Part shown: piece by piece, positions 1 to 8,506 of the stretch
Layout: every line of letters starts with the position of its first letter
How positions within the stretch are numbered: the first letter of the stretch is position 1
NCBI GenBank assembly: GCA_948584295.1
Contig: CAPBHV010000007.1
Location: 1-22,604 of the forward strand
DNA length: 22,604 bases
Direction of reading: 5' to 3'
DNA from: an uncultured Lachnospiraceae bacterium
GTDB taxonomy: Bacteria; Bacillota; Clostridia; Lachnospirales; Lachnospiraceae
Notes under the pieces: model-generated
Told to the model about the DNA's origin: nothing
The model's database searches: none
Seen by the model: only the letters and a program-made list of their open reading frames with translations
Program-made: the position numbers and the translations under genes

Positions 1-703
1 AAAATTCAGTACACATCAACGGACCGCCATCCGTGTAGCGAGAAAGCAGTGAGAACCTTTCTTCTGTCTTAGAACCAAAATTTCCTGTTGGCAGCACGCC
101 AGGAAGTTTCCCTGCATTCATGCTCTCTGGATATGGTCCGTCGGAAGTCACAAGCGGAACATCAATTCCACCTTCCACCATAAGCTTTTTCATCTCTTGC
201 ATATAGGCTGTATCTGTTGCGTAGTATCCATATTCATTTTCCACCTGCATCAAAATTACAGGTCCGCCATGCGTGATCTGCAATGGGATAAGCTTTGGCA
301 GCAAAATATTGTAATATTCTTTTACATGCTTTAAAAACGGGGCATAACTTGTGCGCAGCTTCATGCCATCTTCCGCCAAAAGCCAAGCTGGAAGTCCTCC
401 AAATTCCCACTCTGCACAGATATAAGGAGATGGCCGCAAAATCACATAAAGTCCAAGTGCCTCCGCCTCTTTTACAAACGCCACAACATCCAGTATTCCA
501 TCAAACTTAAACTCTCCTTTTTTCGGTTCATGCATATTCCATGGAATATAAGTTTCTACTGTATTGCAGCCCATTGCCTTTAATTTTTCCAATCGATCTT
601 TCCAATATTCCGGCACAGTTCGAAAGTAATGAAATGCTCCAGAAATAATTTTAAACGGCTGATTGTTCAGATAAAAATTGTCCTTAATTTCAAACTTACC
701 CAA
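1..703 (-). CDS. Glycoside hydrolase family 35 beta-galactosidase, N-terminal ~234 aa (gene runs off window start)
   Basis: Minus-strand frame is open from 703 to the window edge. Translation MGKFEIKDNFYLNNQPFKIISGAFHYFR...ILRPSPYICAEWEFGGLPAWL...GGPVILMQVENEYGYY has the GH35 TIM-barrel signature including the ENEY acid/base motif. TTG start at 701-703 follows an in-frame TAA, 8 nt downstream of a GGGGG RBS. It is absent from the ORF track because it is truncated by the window edge. Confidence 0.8.
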   Translation of the reverse strand, partial: MGKFEIKDNFYLNNQPFKIISGAFHYFRTVPEYWKDRLEKLKAMGCNTVETYIPWNMHEPKKGEFKFDGILDVVAFVKEAEALGLYVILRPSPYICAEWEFGGLPAWLLAEDGMKLRTSYAPFLKHVKEYYNILLPKLIPLQITHGGPVILMQVENEYGYYATDTAYMQEMKKLMVEGGIDVPLVTSDGPYPESMNAGKLPGVLPTGNFGSKTEERFSLLSRYTDGGPLMCTEF

Positions 704-788
704 TTACAAGTCCCCCTTTTCTATGGTTCTTTATAAAATCAATAATTACCCGATTTCTCTTTGTCATAATTCCGTCAAAACGACTTTT

Positions 789-802
789 TGAAATCGATTT
801 CA
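789..802. promoter_or_regulatory. Perfect 14-bp LacI/CcpA-type operator palindrome TGAAATCGATTTCA over the +1 region of the beta-gal promoter
   Basis: The sequence tgaaatcgatttca is exactly self-complementary and fits the LacI-family/cre consensus TGnAAnCGnTTnCA. It lies about 9 nt downstream of the predicted -10 (minus strand), which is the classic repressor position. A LacI-family gene sits immediately upstream. Confidence 0.55.
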
Positions 803-811
803 TTTTCTTTT

Positions 812-841
812 ATTTTACACTTATCACGATGATTTCGTCAA
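812..841 (-). promoter_or_regulatory. Sigma-A-type promoter for the beta-galactosidase gene (TTGACG-18-TAAAAT on the minus strand)
   Basis: Minus-strand read: aaatagaTTGACGaaatcatcgtgataagtgTAAAATaaaag. The -35 is at 836-841, the -10 at 812-817 and the spacer is 18 nt. It lies about 100 nt upstream of the TTG start at 703. Confidence 0.45.
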
Positions 842-1084
842 TCTATTTTTAATATCTTGTTATTTTTCAGCACAATTATCGAACTTTTTCTTAATTTTTT
901 ATGCAATATCCACAAAACCAAATCACTTGTTGTATCACTCATACACCGCTTTCGTGATATATTTCTTTATGCATAAATATTCTAACGTTTATGTAATCGA
1001 GTAGAGAAGATTCCTTTTCTCCCTACTCGCGCCGGGCGCCCGTCCGCTTCTGCTGACAAATTTCACTTAGGTACCCGTGTGCAT

Positions 1085-1124
1085 AAAAAGAGTGTAGCTG
1101 CAACCTACAGCCGCACTCTTTTTA
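1085..1124 (-). terminator. Bidirectional Rho-independent terminator immediately after the LacI-family gene
   Basis: AAAAAGAGTG-tagctgcaacctacagccg-CACTCTTTTT is a perfect 10-bp stem with inner GCTG/CAGC pairing. It is flanked by an A-run and a T-run, so a U-tract follows the hairpin on either strand. It starts 6 nt past the regulator stop (1130). Confidence 0.6.
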
Positions 1125-1129
1125 CATAT

Positions 1130-2191
1130 CTATTTTCGCTCACTGTTTACCGGTCCTGTCGTATCCCTCACAACAAGTTTTGTCTTTATATACTGAACCT
1201 GCTGAACCTTCTCGCCCTCCACCGCTGCGACCGCGGAACTCACAATCCTCTCGCCAAACTTGTCATAGCCATAATCAATACTTGTCAGCTTCGGCGTAAC
1301 CAGACTAGAAATAAACGTATTATCATAACCCATCACCGAAATATCTTCAGGAATACTTAGACCATGACCGCGGATATTTGCCATCACCCCAAGCGCAGTG
1401 TACTCGTTGATTGCCACAACCGCCGTCGGCACTTCCCCCGCGGCAAACAAAGCCTCCATCTGTTTGTAACCTGCTTCGTAATCGTAGTTGCCTTCCTGGC
1501 GATACAGCTCGTTTGGAAACGGCAGCCCATATTTTTTCAGCATACGCCGATAAACTCTCTCTCTTTCCACTGTGGCAATATCACTGTCCACACCGCCGAG
1601 AAATGCAATCTTGCGATGACCAAGCCCAGCTAAATATTCTATCACAATCTCCATAGACTGTCCAGCGTCAATCTGAACACGGTAACATCCTGTGCCATCT
1701 AACTTTCCGGTTATCATCATCGGAATATTCTTTGTCGTCCGGTTTACATGCTCGGCATACTCTTTGTTTGTGCAGACCTCATCCACTCTTCCGCCCATCT
1801 GGATAATCGCATCAACCCGCTTTTCCTCCAGCATCTCCAGCAAAATCTTCTCCTGCTCCCTGTCACAGTAAGAATTGCACAGCAGTACGGTGTATCCCTT
1901 CCTGCGCGCCGCCGCCTCGCACGCGACAAACAGTTCAGAATAAAACGGATTTCGGATATCCGCCACCATAATGCCGATTGTCTTGCTCCTTGTGTCGACC
2001 AGCCCCCGCGCCATTGCGTTCGGTCTAAAATTGTACTTTTCAATAATTTCAAGAATTCTTTCTCTCTTGTCCGTTCGGACGTTCGTGCTGTTTGTCAACA
2101 CGCGCGAAACGGTGGCAGCCGATACATTCGCTTCCTTTGCTATATCATATATCGTAATGGGTCTGCCCTCATTTTCCTTGTTGCAATCCAT
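1130..2191 (-). CDS. LacI-family transcriptional regulator (HTH plus periplasmic-binding-protein fold), 353 aa
   Basis: MDCNKENEGRPITIYDIAKEANVSAATVSRVLTN is a LacI-type HTH. The rest is a sugar-binding domain (IGIMVADIRNPFYSELF..., AIIQMGGR..., HRKIAFLGG...). Start placed at ATG 2189-2191. The ORF-track start at 2275 would lie inside the predicted TTGACA-17-TACAAT promoter at 2247-2275. Confidence 0.85.
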   Translation of the reverse strand: MDCNKENEGRPITIYDIAKEANVSAATVSRVLTNSTNVRTDKRERILEIIEKYNFRPNAMARGLVDTRSKTIGIMVADIRNPFYSELFVACEAAARRKGYTVLLCNSYCDREQEKILLEMLEEKRVDAIIQMGGRVDEVCTNKEYAEHVNRTTKNIPMMITGKLDGTGCYRVQIDAGQSMEIVIEYLAGLGHRKIAFLGGVDSDIATVERERVYRRMLKKYGLPFPNELYRQEGNYDYEAGYKQMEALFAAGEVPTAVVAINEYTALGVMANIRGHGLSIPEDISVMGYDNTFISSLVTPKLTSIDYGYDKFGERIVSSAVAAVEGEKVQQVQYIKTKLVVRDTTGPVNSERK

Positions 2192-2246
2192 TGTAGACAC
2201 CCTAATCCCTGTCAAAACTTTTACCGGTCTTAACTCTATAAGGAAT

Positions 2247-2275
2247 ATTGTATTTACCTTTTCTTTCAATGTCAA
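2247..2275 (-). promoter_or_regulatory. Sigma-A-type promoter of the LacI-family gene (TTGACA-17-TACAAT, minus strand)
   Basis: Minus-strand read: ttttctgcTTGACAttgaaagaaaaggtaaaTACAATattcc. The -35 is at 2270-2275 and the -10 at 2247-2252. Confidence 0.5.
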
Positions 2276-2371
2276 GCAGAAAAACTGACAAATTTAACTT
2301 TTTACAACAAAAAACGTATTCGTACAAAGGCAAATGGGTTCCAAAACGTCTTAAAGCAAAAATTGTAAATC

Positions 2372-3859
2372 CTATTGCTGTCCTTTTCTCTTTTCACTGG
2401 CAGGAAGCGACACGCGAAATATTCTGCGCATCAGCTCGCGGAAATGAAACGGAACCAGCGGATAAATATAGCTTTTTCCCCCGATTGTCTTGTTGAAGCA
2501 AAGGCAGCAAAGCGCAAATAAAAGCCCTACGGCAAAGCCCCATATGCCAAACCATGCCGTTAAAAGCAATGTGATCAATCGCATAAACTTCAACGCATAG
2601 CCAAGCTCAAAATTTACCTGTGTGTAATTGGCTATTGCGACAAACGCCATATACATCATCGCTTCCGCATTAAACCAGCCGGAACTTACCGTGAACTCGC
2701 CAATTACAAGACCCGAAATAACACTGAGCGGCGTGCTTAACATATTTGGCGTATTGATGGATGCCAGCCTTAAACCATCAATGGTAAATTCCAAAATTAA
2801 AAACTGCCAGATCAGCGGAATATTCATTGTTTCTTTTACCGCGATAAATTCAAATCCTTTTGGCACATACTCAGGATACTCCGTTAAAAGAAGAAACATC
2901 GGAGTTAAAACAATCGCCAAAATATTGATAATCAAGCGCGATAATCGAAGATATGTGCCTGTGATCGGCGGAAAATAATAGTCGTCGGCTTCCTCGACAA
3001 TATCAAAAACACTGGCTGGAAGTATCATCGCGGAAGGCGAGTTGTCAACAAGCAGCACAACGCTTCCCTCAAGGATACAGGCCGCCGCGGTGTCCGGCCG
3101 CTCCGAGTACTTAAATTTTGGGAACGGATCGATCCACTTTGCCGAAAACAAACATTCCGCAAGGCTTTGCTGATTCATCGTCAGCGCGTCAATGGAAATA
3201 TCTTTAATTTTCTGTGTGACTGTCGCAAGAAATTTTTTATCCACTCTGTCTTCCATATAACAAACTGCAATATCTGTACGCGAACTTTTTCCGACCGAAA
3301 GCATCTCGATTGTAAACTGCGGTGTGCGGATACGCCGGCGAATCAATGCAGTGTTATATACAAGCGTCTCGACAAATCCATCCTTCGACCCGCGCATCGC
3401 TTTGTCCTTATCTGGTTCTGTAACGCTTCTCGCCGGATAATTTCGGAAATCAATTGTGACCGCAACGCCAAAGCCATCCACAATCAGCGCCGGCTTCCCG
3501 GAAAGTATTGCTCCGATCAGTTTTTCCATATCTCTGACAAGTTCCAATTCACCGTAAGGAAGATATTTTTGCAGCAGATCGTCAAATGTCTGCGGCGTAT
3601 CTTCCGCTTTTAACCCGCCAAAATACTGTAATAATTTTTGTAATGTATCATCTTTGTGAAAGCCGTCAATAAAGTAAAAACACGCTTGTTTTTCCCCAAT
3701 ATAGAAAAAACGTTTCAGCAAATCAAAATTTTTGTCCACCTGCAAAATCCGGTCAAAAGTTCCCATATTGTCCGCAAGCCTGGTTGATAAAATCTTTCCC
3801 TTCAGCTCGTCAAGACTCTTTATTTCCGGTTCTTTCGCTTGTCCTTTCTCATCATTCAT
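2372..3859 (-). CDS. Spore germination protein, GerA family A-subunit (GerAA/GerKA-like), 495 aa
   Basis: The protein has a soluble N-terminal domain followed by a C-terminal multi-TM region, with motifs typical of the GerA A-subunit family (ALIVDGFGVAVTIDFRNYPARS..., LLVDNSPSAMILPASVFD..., C-terminal TM segments). Start moved to ATG 3857-3859 (MNDEKGQ...), preceded by aGGAGattgag. The ORF-track TTG at 3901 has no RBS. Confidence 0.8.
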   Translation of the reverse strand: MNDEKGQAKEPEIKSLDELKGKILSTRLADNMGTFDRILQVDKNFDLLKRFFYIGEKQACFYFIDGFHKDDTLQKLLQYFGGLKAEDTPQTFDDLLQKYLPYGELELVRDMEKLIGAILSGKPALIVDGFGVAVTIDFRNYPARSVTEPDKDKAMRGSKDGFVETLVYNTALIRRRIRTPQFTIEMLSVGKSSRTDIAVCYMEDRVDKKFLATVTQKIKDISIDALTMNQQSLAECLFSAKWIDPFPKFKYSERPDTAAACILEGSVVLLVDNSPSAMILPASVFDIVEEADDYYFPPITGTYLRLSRLIINILAIVLTPMFLLLTEYPEYVPKGFEFIAVKETMNIPLIWQFLILEFTIDGLRLASINTPNMLSTPLSVISGLVIGEFTVSSGWFNAEAMMYMAFVAIANYTQVNFELGYALKFMRLITLLLTAWFGIWGFAVGLLFALCCLCFNKTIGGKSYIYPLVPFHFRELMRRIFRVSLPASEKRKGQQ

Positions 3860-4070
3860 CTCAATCTCCATTCTGGAACGCTTATACGGCAGAACTGCCA
3901 AACAGAATTAAAACGTTCCCTGCAAATTTGTTTAAAAATATCAGTAATTAAAATTCCCTTAATTTCTGATGCTTTTATGTGTATGCGACAGTGTATTAAA
4001 CAATTTTATAGATACAATGCTGGATTGCAGCATACCGTTTGTGCTAGTATGTGCAGGATTATAGAAATTA

Positions 4071-4099
4071 TTGCTTTTTCTTTTAAAGTCAGATATAAT
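4071..4099 (+). promoter_or_regulatory. Candidate sigma-A promoter for the MATE transporter (TTGCTT-17-TATAAT)
   Basis: The -35 ttgctt is at 4071-4076, followed by a 17-nt spacer and tataat at 4094-4099. The -10 is perfect but the -35 is weak. Confidence 0.35.
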
Positions 4100-4220
4100 G
4101 TATTGGACAAAAAACAACGAAAGGAGCCGGGCTTTCCCGGATACATAGATGAGTCTTATTTTATGTTCTGTCAAATCGCGTTTCCGGTCTGCCATGGCAT
4201 ACTTTTTTGGTATTAACCAG

Positions 4221-5588
4221 ATGTTAAAACACACAGAATTGCTTGGTGCAGTACCGACAACCGCTGACGCTTACCGCACTTTTTTTAAAGTTGCATGGCC
4301 GTCCGCGCTGGAATCGCTGCTGGTCGGTCTTATCGGTTCTATCGATACGATGATGGTCGGCACGCTCGGCGAAAACGCGATCAATGCGGTCGGCATTACA
4401 AATCAGCCAAAGTTTATTCTGCTCGCCATTATTTTTTCCCTAAATGTCGGTGTTACGGCAGTTGTCGCGCGGCGCAAAGGGCAGAACGACGCGGACGGCG
4501 CAAATCGTACTATGCGCGCTGCTATCCTGCTTTCCGCCGCATTTTCTCTCACTGCTTCCGCGCTCGGTTTTTTATTTGCAAGACCGATTCTTACTTTTGC
4601 AGGTGCAGACCCAATCTACTTGGACGACGCGGTTATCTATTTCCGTATTCTGTGCGTCAGCATTGTATTTACCGCGCTGAATCTTACCATCAACGCGGCA
4701 CAGCGCGGCTGCGGCAATACCAAAATTTCTATGCGCACGAATATTGTCGCCAATGTAGTCAATGTTATTTTTAACTATTTTCTGATTCGCGGGGTTTGGA
4801 TTTTCCCAAAGTGGGGTGTAAAGGGTGCAGCGGTCGCAACAGCCCTCGGTGCGTTTTTTGCCTGTATCATCTCAATTGCTACCTTGTTTTCCAAAAATGG
4901 TTATTTATCCCTTCTGCGCCGCACCAGCTGGAAGCTTGAACGCAGTTTGCTCTCCCCGGTCTTTAAAGTCAGCAGCAGCGCACTGATTGAACAAGTATTT
5001 ATGCGAATCGGCTTTTTTGCTTATGCGAAAATTGTTGCAGGGCTTGGCCCAACCCCTTACGCAACACATTTAATCTGCATGAATATTTTAAATCTCTCGT
5101 TCTGCTTTGGCGATGGACTAAGTATTGCCGCTTCCGCGCTTGTCGGTCAAAACCTTGGCCGCCAGCGATCCGATTTATCGATTCTATACGGAAAAGTAGG
5201 GCAGCGGATTGCATTTATATGTTCCACATTTTTATTTATTCTATTTATCGCCGGGCGGCGAGAGCTTGTCTGGCTGTTTTCAAAAGAAGAAGAAATTATC
5301 GTTCTCGGCGCATCCATTATGGTGATTATGGCGTTATCCACCCACTTTCAGACATCTCAGGTCGTGTTAAACGGCTGTCTGCGCGGTGCGGGTGATTCCG
5401 CTTTCGTCGCTGCCACCTCAATGATCAGCATTGCGGTTATCCGACCAATTTTAACTTATATTCTCTGCTACCCGGCTGGCTTTGGACTTGCCGGAGCATG
5501 GATTTCGCTTGTGGTTGACCAGGGATTCCGCTTTGTCGCAGGTTTCTTTCGATTTAAGGGCGGAAAATGGACGAAGATTCGGTTGTAA
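4221..5588 (+). CDS. MATE-family multidrug/oligosaccharidyl-lipid efflux transporter (NorM/DinF-like), ~455 aa
   Basis: A 12-TM protein with MATE motifs (AWPSALESLLVGLIGSIDTMMVGTLG..., second-half repeat SALIEQVFMRIGFFAYAKIVAGLG). The start is ambiguous: ATG 4221 gives an N-terminus of typical MATE length. In-frame ATGs at 4149 and 4194 are possible, and none has a strong RBS. Confidence 0.8.
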   Translation: MLKHTELLGAVPTTADAYRTFFKVAWPSALESLLVGLIGSIDTMMVGTLGENAINAVGITNQPKFILLAIIFSLNVGVTAVVARRKGQNDADGANRTMRAAILLSAAFSLTASALGFLFARPILTFAGADPIYLDDAVIYFRILCVSIVFTALNLTINAAQRGCGNTKISMRTNIVANVVNVIFNYFLIRGVWIFPKWGVKGAAVATALGAFFACIISIATLFSKNGYLSLLRRTSWKLERSLLSPVFKVSSSALIEQVFMRIGFFAYAKIVAGLGPTPYATHLICMNILNLSFCFGDGLSIAASALVGQNLGRQRSDLSILYGKVGQRIAFICSTFLFILFIAGRRELVWLFSKEEEIIVLGASIMVIMALSTHFQTSQVVLNGCLRGAGDSAFVAATSMISIAVIRPILTYILCYPAGFGLAGAWISLVVDQGFRFVAGFFRFKGGKWTKIRL

Positions 5589-5640
5589 AACTATGTTCAA
5601 ACCATTTTTTATATAAAAATTTTATTTTACGGAGGTTTTT

Positions 5641-6666
5641 ATGCAGCAGTATATGGATTACATTATGGAACAGTTAAAAAATCTGCTTGCCATCGACAGT
5701 CCTTCTGGCTTTACAGAAAAGGTGACAGATTACCTGATGAAAGAGTACCAAAGCCTTGGCTACACCCCGGAAAAAACAAAAAAAGGCGGTGTGCTTGTCG
5801 ATCTTGGCGGGCAGGGAAATGCGGTTCTTGTGATGGCGCACGTAGATACTTTAGGTGCGATGGTGGCTGAAGTAAAAGGAAACGGCAGATTGCGCATCAC
5901 ATCCATCGGCGGGCTGAACGCCAACAATATAGAAACGGAAAACTGCCGTGTATACACGCATGATGGTCACTGCTATGAAGGCACAATTCAATTGCAGAAT
6001 GCTTCCATTCATGTCAATAGAGATTATCAGAAAAAAGAGCGCACATTCGATGATATTGAAGTGCTTTTAGATTATACGGCAGATTCCAAGGAAGCGGTCA
6101 AAAAGCTTGGAATTGAAAACGGTGCTTTTGTCTGTATTGAACCGCGCACTCGCATTACTGAATCCGGTTATATCAAAAGCCGCTTTCTCGATGACAAACT
6201 TAGCACCGCTATTTTACTCGGTTATGCAAAATACTTAAAAGAGACGGGTTCCTGCCCTTCCCGCAAAATTTATCAGCATATTACTGTCTATGAGGAAATT
6301 GGTCATGGCGGCTGCGCTTCTGTTCCCGCGGACGTGGAAGAATTGCTTTCTGTTGATATGGGCTGCGTCGGCGCAGGTTTAGAATGCACGGAAAAGCAGG
6401 TTTCTATCTGCGTAAAAGACAGCCGCGGACCATATCACTACCAGGTTGTACAGGGATTGATCGAGGCTGCCAAAAAAAATGAGATCAACTATGCCGCGGA
6501 CGTTTATCCATACTATGGCTCTGACGCCGACGCTGCTCTTGCCGCAGGCGCGGACGCAAGGCACGGTTTGATTGGTCCGGGCGTGTACGCCTCCCATGGC
6601 TATGAGCGCTCGCACAAGGAAGGTGTAGAAAACACGCTGCGTCTGTTAAAAGCATACCTTGGATAG
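5641..6666 (+). CDS. M42-family metallo-aminopeptidase (FrvX/CelM/glutamyl aminopeptidase-like), 341 aa
   Basis: GGAGG RBS at 5632-5636, 5 nt before the ATG. The M42 family fold is indicated by AHVDTLGAMV, the EEIGHGG metal-binding region and a C-terminal GPGVYASHGYERS region. Confidence 0.85.
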   Translation: MQQYMDYIMEQLKNLLAIDSPSGFTEKVTDYLMKEYQSLGYTPEKTKKGGVLVDLGGQGNAVLVMAHVDTLGAMVAEVKGNGRLRITSIGGLNANNIETENCRVYTHDGHCYEGTIQLQNASIHVNRDYQKKERTFDDIEVLLDYTADSKEAVKKLGIENGAFVCIEPRTRITESGYIKSRFLDDKLSTAILLGYAKYLKETGSCPSRKIYQHITVYEEIGHGGCASVPADVEELLSVDMGCVGAGLECTEKQVSICVKDSRGPYHYQVVQGLIEAAKKNEINYAADVYPYYGSDADAALAAGADARHGLIGPGVYASHGYERSHKEGVENTLRLLKAYLG

Positions 6667-6671
6667 TTCTG

Positions 6672-7214
6672 CTAAAACCATCCAAGCCCTTTTCCTGCCC
6701 AGTAGATCAGTCCAAGCAGCCAGCTGCACACAACACCATATAAAATTACTGGACCAGCAATGGTAAATATTTTACATCCCACGCCAAACACCCATCCCTC
6801 CTGCTTAAATTCAATTGCAGGTGAGGCAACCGAGTTGGCGAAGCCGGTGATTGGCACAACTGTGCCAGCACCGGCAAAACTTGCAAGACGCTGGTACCAG
6901 TTTAATCCTGTTGTCAGCACAGACAGAAAAATTAAACTTAGGGTTGTATAGGCTGCGGCGGTTTCTTTTTCACATCCAAGCGACTGATACAAATCTAAAA
7001 ATCCCTGCCCAAGCACGCAGATCAGACCGCCGACCAAGTATGCCTTACATACATTGCCGATGTAGCTGCGCTTTGGCGTTGCTTTTTTTACATACTGATT
7101 GTACAGTTTTTCCCGCTGTTTCGGGTCTTTTTCCTGAACTACTTCCTGAACGAGTTTTTTATCTTGCGGTTTCATATTCTGTTGTATTTCTTTCGCTTTT
7201 TCATCTGGATTCAT
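6672..7214 (-). CDS. spoVAC: Stage V sporulation protein AC (SpoVAC; SpoVAC/SpoVAEB family mechanosensitive channel-like), 180 aa
   Basis: YLVGGLICVLGQG...FAGAGTVVPITGFANSVASPAIEFKQEGWVFGVGCKIFTIAGPVILYGVV matches the conserved SpoVAC core. Start moved to ATG 7212-7214, preceded by aaaaGGAGGgagtctcttt. The ORF-track ATG at 7307 has no RBS. Confidence 0.85.
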   Translation of the reverse strand: MNPDEKAKEIQQNMKPQDKKLVQEVVQEKDPKQREKLYNQYVKKATPKRSYIGNVCKAYLVGGLICVLGQGFLDLYQSLGCEKETAAAYTTLSLIFLSVLTTGLNWYQRLASFAGAGTVVPITGFANSVASPAIEFKQEGWVFGVGCKIFTIAGPVILYGVVCSWLLGLIYWAGKGLGWF

Positions 7215-7264
7215 AAAGAGACTCCCTCCTTTTATTTTCGATAACAGGCAATTATAAAACTCGG

Positions 7265-7290
7265 AAAGCCACATAAATCCTGGCTTTTTT
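7265..7290 (-). terminator. Hairpin (AAAGCCA-N9-TGGCTTT) between spoVAB and spoVAC; possible attenuator or partial terminator
   Basis: A 7-bp stem at 7265-7271/7281-7287. A clean T-run follows only on the plus strand. On the minus strand it is followed by ccgagtttta, then a TATAAT (plus-strand 7250-7255) about 30 nt before the spoVAC RBS. Confidence 0.3.
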
Positions 7291-7452
7291 GAGATTTCTT
7301 TTTGCATCTTTCCTCACTAAAATTTAAACTTTTCTATTCATTTTACATAGATTTTTAGCTCAGATAATTTAATTCAGGCTTGTCATCACTCAATTTTCGA
7401 AAATATTACATACCTGCTTCTTGTTCTATCATCTTTTTGAGATCAATATATC

Positions 7453-7884
7453 TTATAAAAAAAAGTCCACAAATGCGCCTATAAACTTTCCAACAGAAAA
7501 TGCAATCACAAATGCAGCCAATCCGCGATGCAGCTTAATTCTTTTTGAAAAAATAGGAACCACATTCAAAAGCTCCGCAAGAGCGATCGCCAGACATCCT
7601 ATATAGATTCCTGCAAAAAAACCAAAAAACGCCAACACAGGTTCGCTCATCCACCCAAAACCAATCACAGGTCTATAATGAATAAAAATATTTCCAATGG
7701 CTGCTCCGACAACAACACAATCCTCGTAAAGCATCGCATGCGCCATCGTCTTTGATACCGCCGCCATACGGCTTACAACGCCGATCATTGTAACAAACGC
7801 AAACATTCCTCCTGCGATCAGCAGCCCGCTGCAAATCCCAATAATGAAAAGGGCTGCATCCGCCATCCATTTAACCGGAAACAT
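7453..7884 (-). CDS. spoVAB: Stage V sporulation protein AB (SpoVAB), ~137-143 aa
   Basis: A small polytopic membrane protein. LAELLNVVPIFSKRIKLHRGLAAFVIAFSVGKFIGAF resembles the SpoVAB C-terminal region. The first ATG (7884) overlaps the spoVAA stop by 14 nt (ATGTTTCCGGTTAA). The second ATG at 7866 is an alternative start, and neither has a clear RBS. Confidence 0.65.
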   Translation of the reverse strand: MFPVKWMADAALFIIGICSGLLIAGGMFAFVTMIGVVSRMAAVSKTMAHAMLYEDCVVVGAAIGNIFIHYRPVIGFGWMSEPVLAFFGFFAGIYIGCLAIALAELLNVVPIFSKRIKLHRGLAAFVIAFSVGKFIGAFVDFFL

Positions 7885-8506
7885 CGATTGTCTTGCCCTC
7901 CCTTGAAGCAGATTTTAAGATTGCCTCGTTGGAATCCTTTTCATATATTCGAAGCTGTACTTGCAGAGGAGTTGGGTCAGAACTCATTTTCAAATGAGAA
8001 AAATGATTGAAAAAGATAATAATTCCGGTTGGAAGTCCAATACAATACCCTAATTCCAGCAGTCCAGGTCCTTCTGTCTCGCTCCCCGCAATGATTTTCT
8101 CCAATCTTGCGAAAATTTCTGAGACGCTTGCATCCTGGTTAAAAGTCATAATCGTAAACGCTGACCCGATCGTTACCGCCAGACAGACAAATATAATTTT
8201 TAAAACATCTTTCCATTTTTCTTTTTTTTGCGGCGGCTGATATTCCACGATAAAATCAATTTCACCCTCGTTTACAATAAGATAATCAGGATGTTTCTTT
8301 TGTATAAATTCAATTACTTTCATAATTGAAAAAATATATTTTTGTTTCTGTTCATCCGGCACTACAAAAAGTACCTCACCGCCAAGTTCATGAAGTACTT
8401 TCTTGTCAGGTCCAGTCATTGTGACAACATCTTCCAAAAACACTTTTTTATTTTTTACAATTGTCGCCTGTTCTGCCTTAATATAAATTACGCGCTCTGC
8501 CGCCAT
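7871..8506 (-). CDS. spoVAA: Stage V sporulation protein AA (SpoVAA), 211 aa
   Basis: A soluble N-terminal domain (RVIYIKAEQATIV...) is followed by two TM segments and a conserved C-terminal segment (LGYCIGLPTGIIIFFNHFSHLKMSSDPTPLQVQL) like B. subtilis SpoVAA. RBS gaaGAGGTagtgga lies before ATG 8504-8506. Confidence 0.7.
   Translation of the reverse strand: MAAERVIYIKAEQATIVKNKKVFLEDVVTMTGPDKKVLHELGGEVLFVVPDEQKQKYIFSIMKVIEFIQKKHPDYLIVNEGEIDFIVEYQPPQKKEKWKDVLKIIFVCLAVTIGSAFTIMTFNQDASVSEIFARLEKIIAGSETEGPGLLELGYCIGLPTGIIIFFNHFSHLKMSSDPTPLQVQLRIYEKDSNEAILKSASREGKTIDVSG

Noticed and set aside
295-510. Many 60-210-aa ORFs from the six-frame track lie antisense or out of frame within the large genes. 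Examples: 295..510, 1079..1360, 1748..2233, 4295..4774, 12753..13295, 13972..14397, 16217..16852, 19789..20286, 20611..21405, 21899..22171.
   Set aside because: All are fully embedded in, and opposite or overlapping, well-supported CDSs with clear family signatures. They have no RBS and their low-complexity or odd composition is typical of shadow ORFs.
975-993. Second possible LacI/cre-like site (tctAACGTTtatg) upstream of the beta-gal promoter
   Set aside because: Only the central AACGTT is palindromic and the flanks do not match the TGnAA/TTnCA half-sites. It lies ~135 nt upstream of the -35, so it is probably chance.
1000-1045. Imperfect inverted repeat cgagtagag...ctccctactcg followed by GC-rich gcgccgggcgcc
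   Set aside because: The stem has mismatches and no flanking U-tract on either strand, so no function could be assigned. The real terminator is the perfect hairpin at 1085-1124.
4119-4149. AAGGAG at 4119-4124 followed by the CCGGGctttCCCGG hairpin and then the first in-frame ATG (4149) of the MATE gene. A structured spacer could bring the RBS close to this ATG.
   Set aside because: Speculative. The ATG at 4221 gives an N-terminal length typical for MATE proteins. Without ribosome profiling the 4149 start cannot be supported, so it is left as a noted ambiguity.
6664-6674. Convergent M42 peptidase and spoVAC stop codons only 5 nt apart, with no terminator between them
   Set aside because: Tight convergent termini are common in compact Firmicute genomes. 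No structure is present to interpret.
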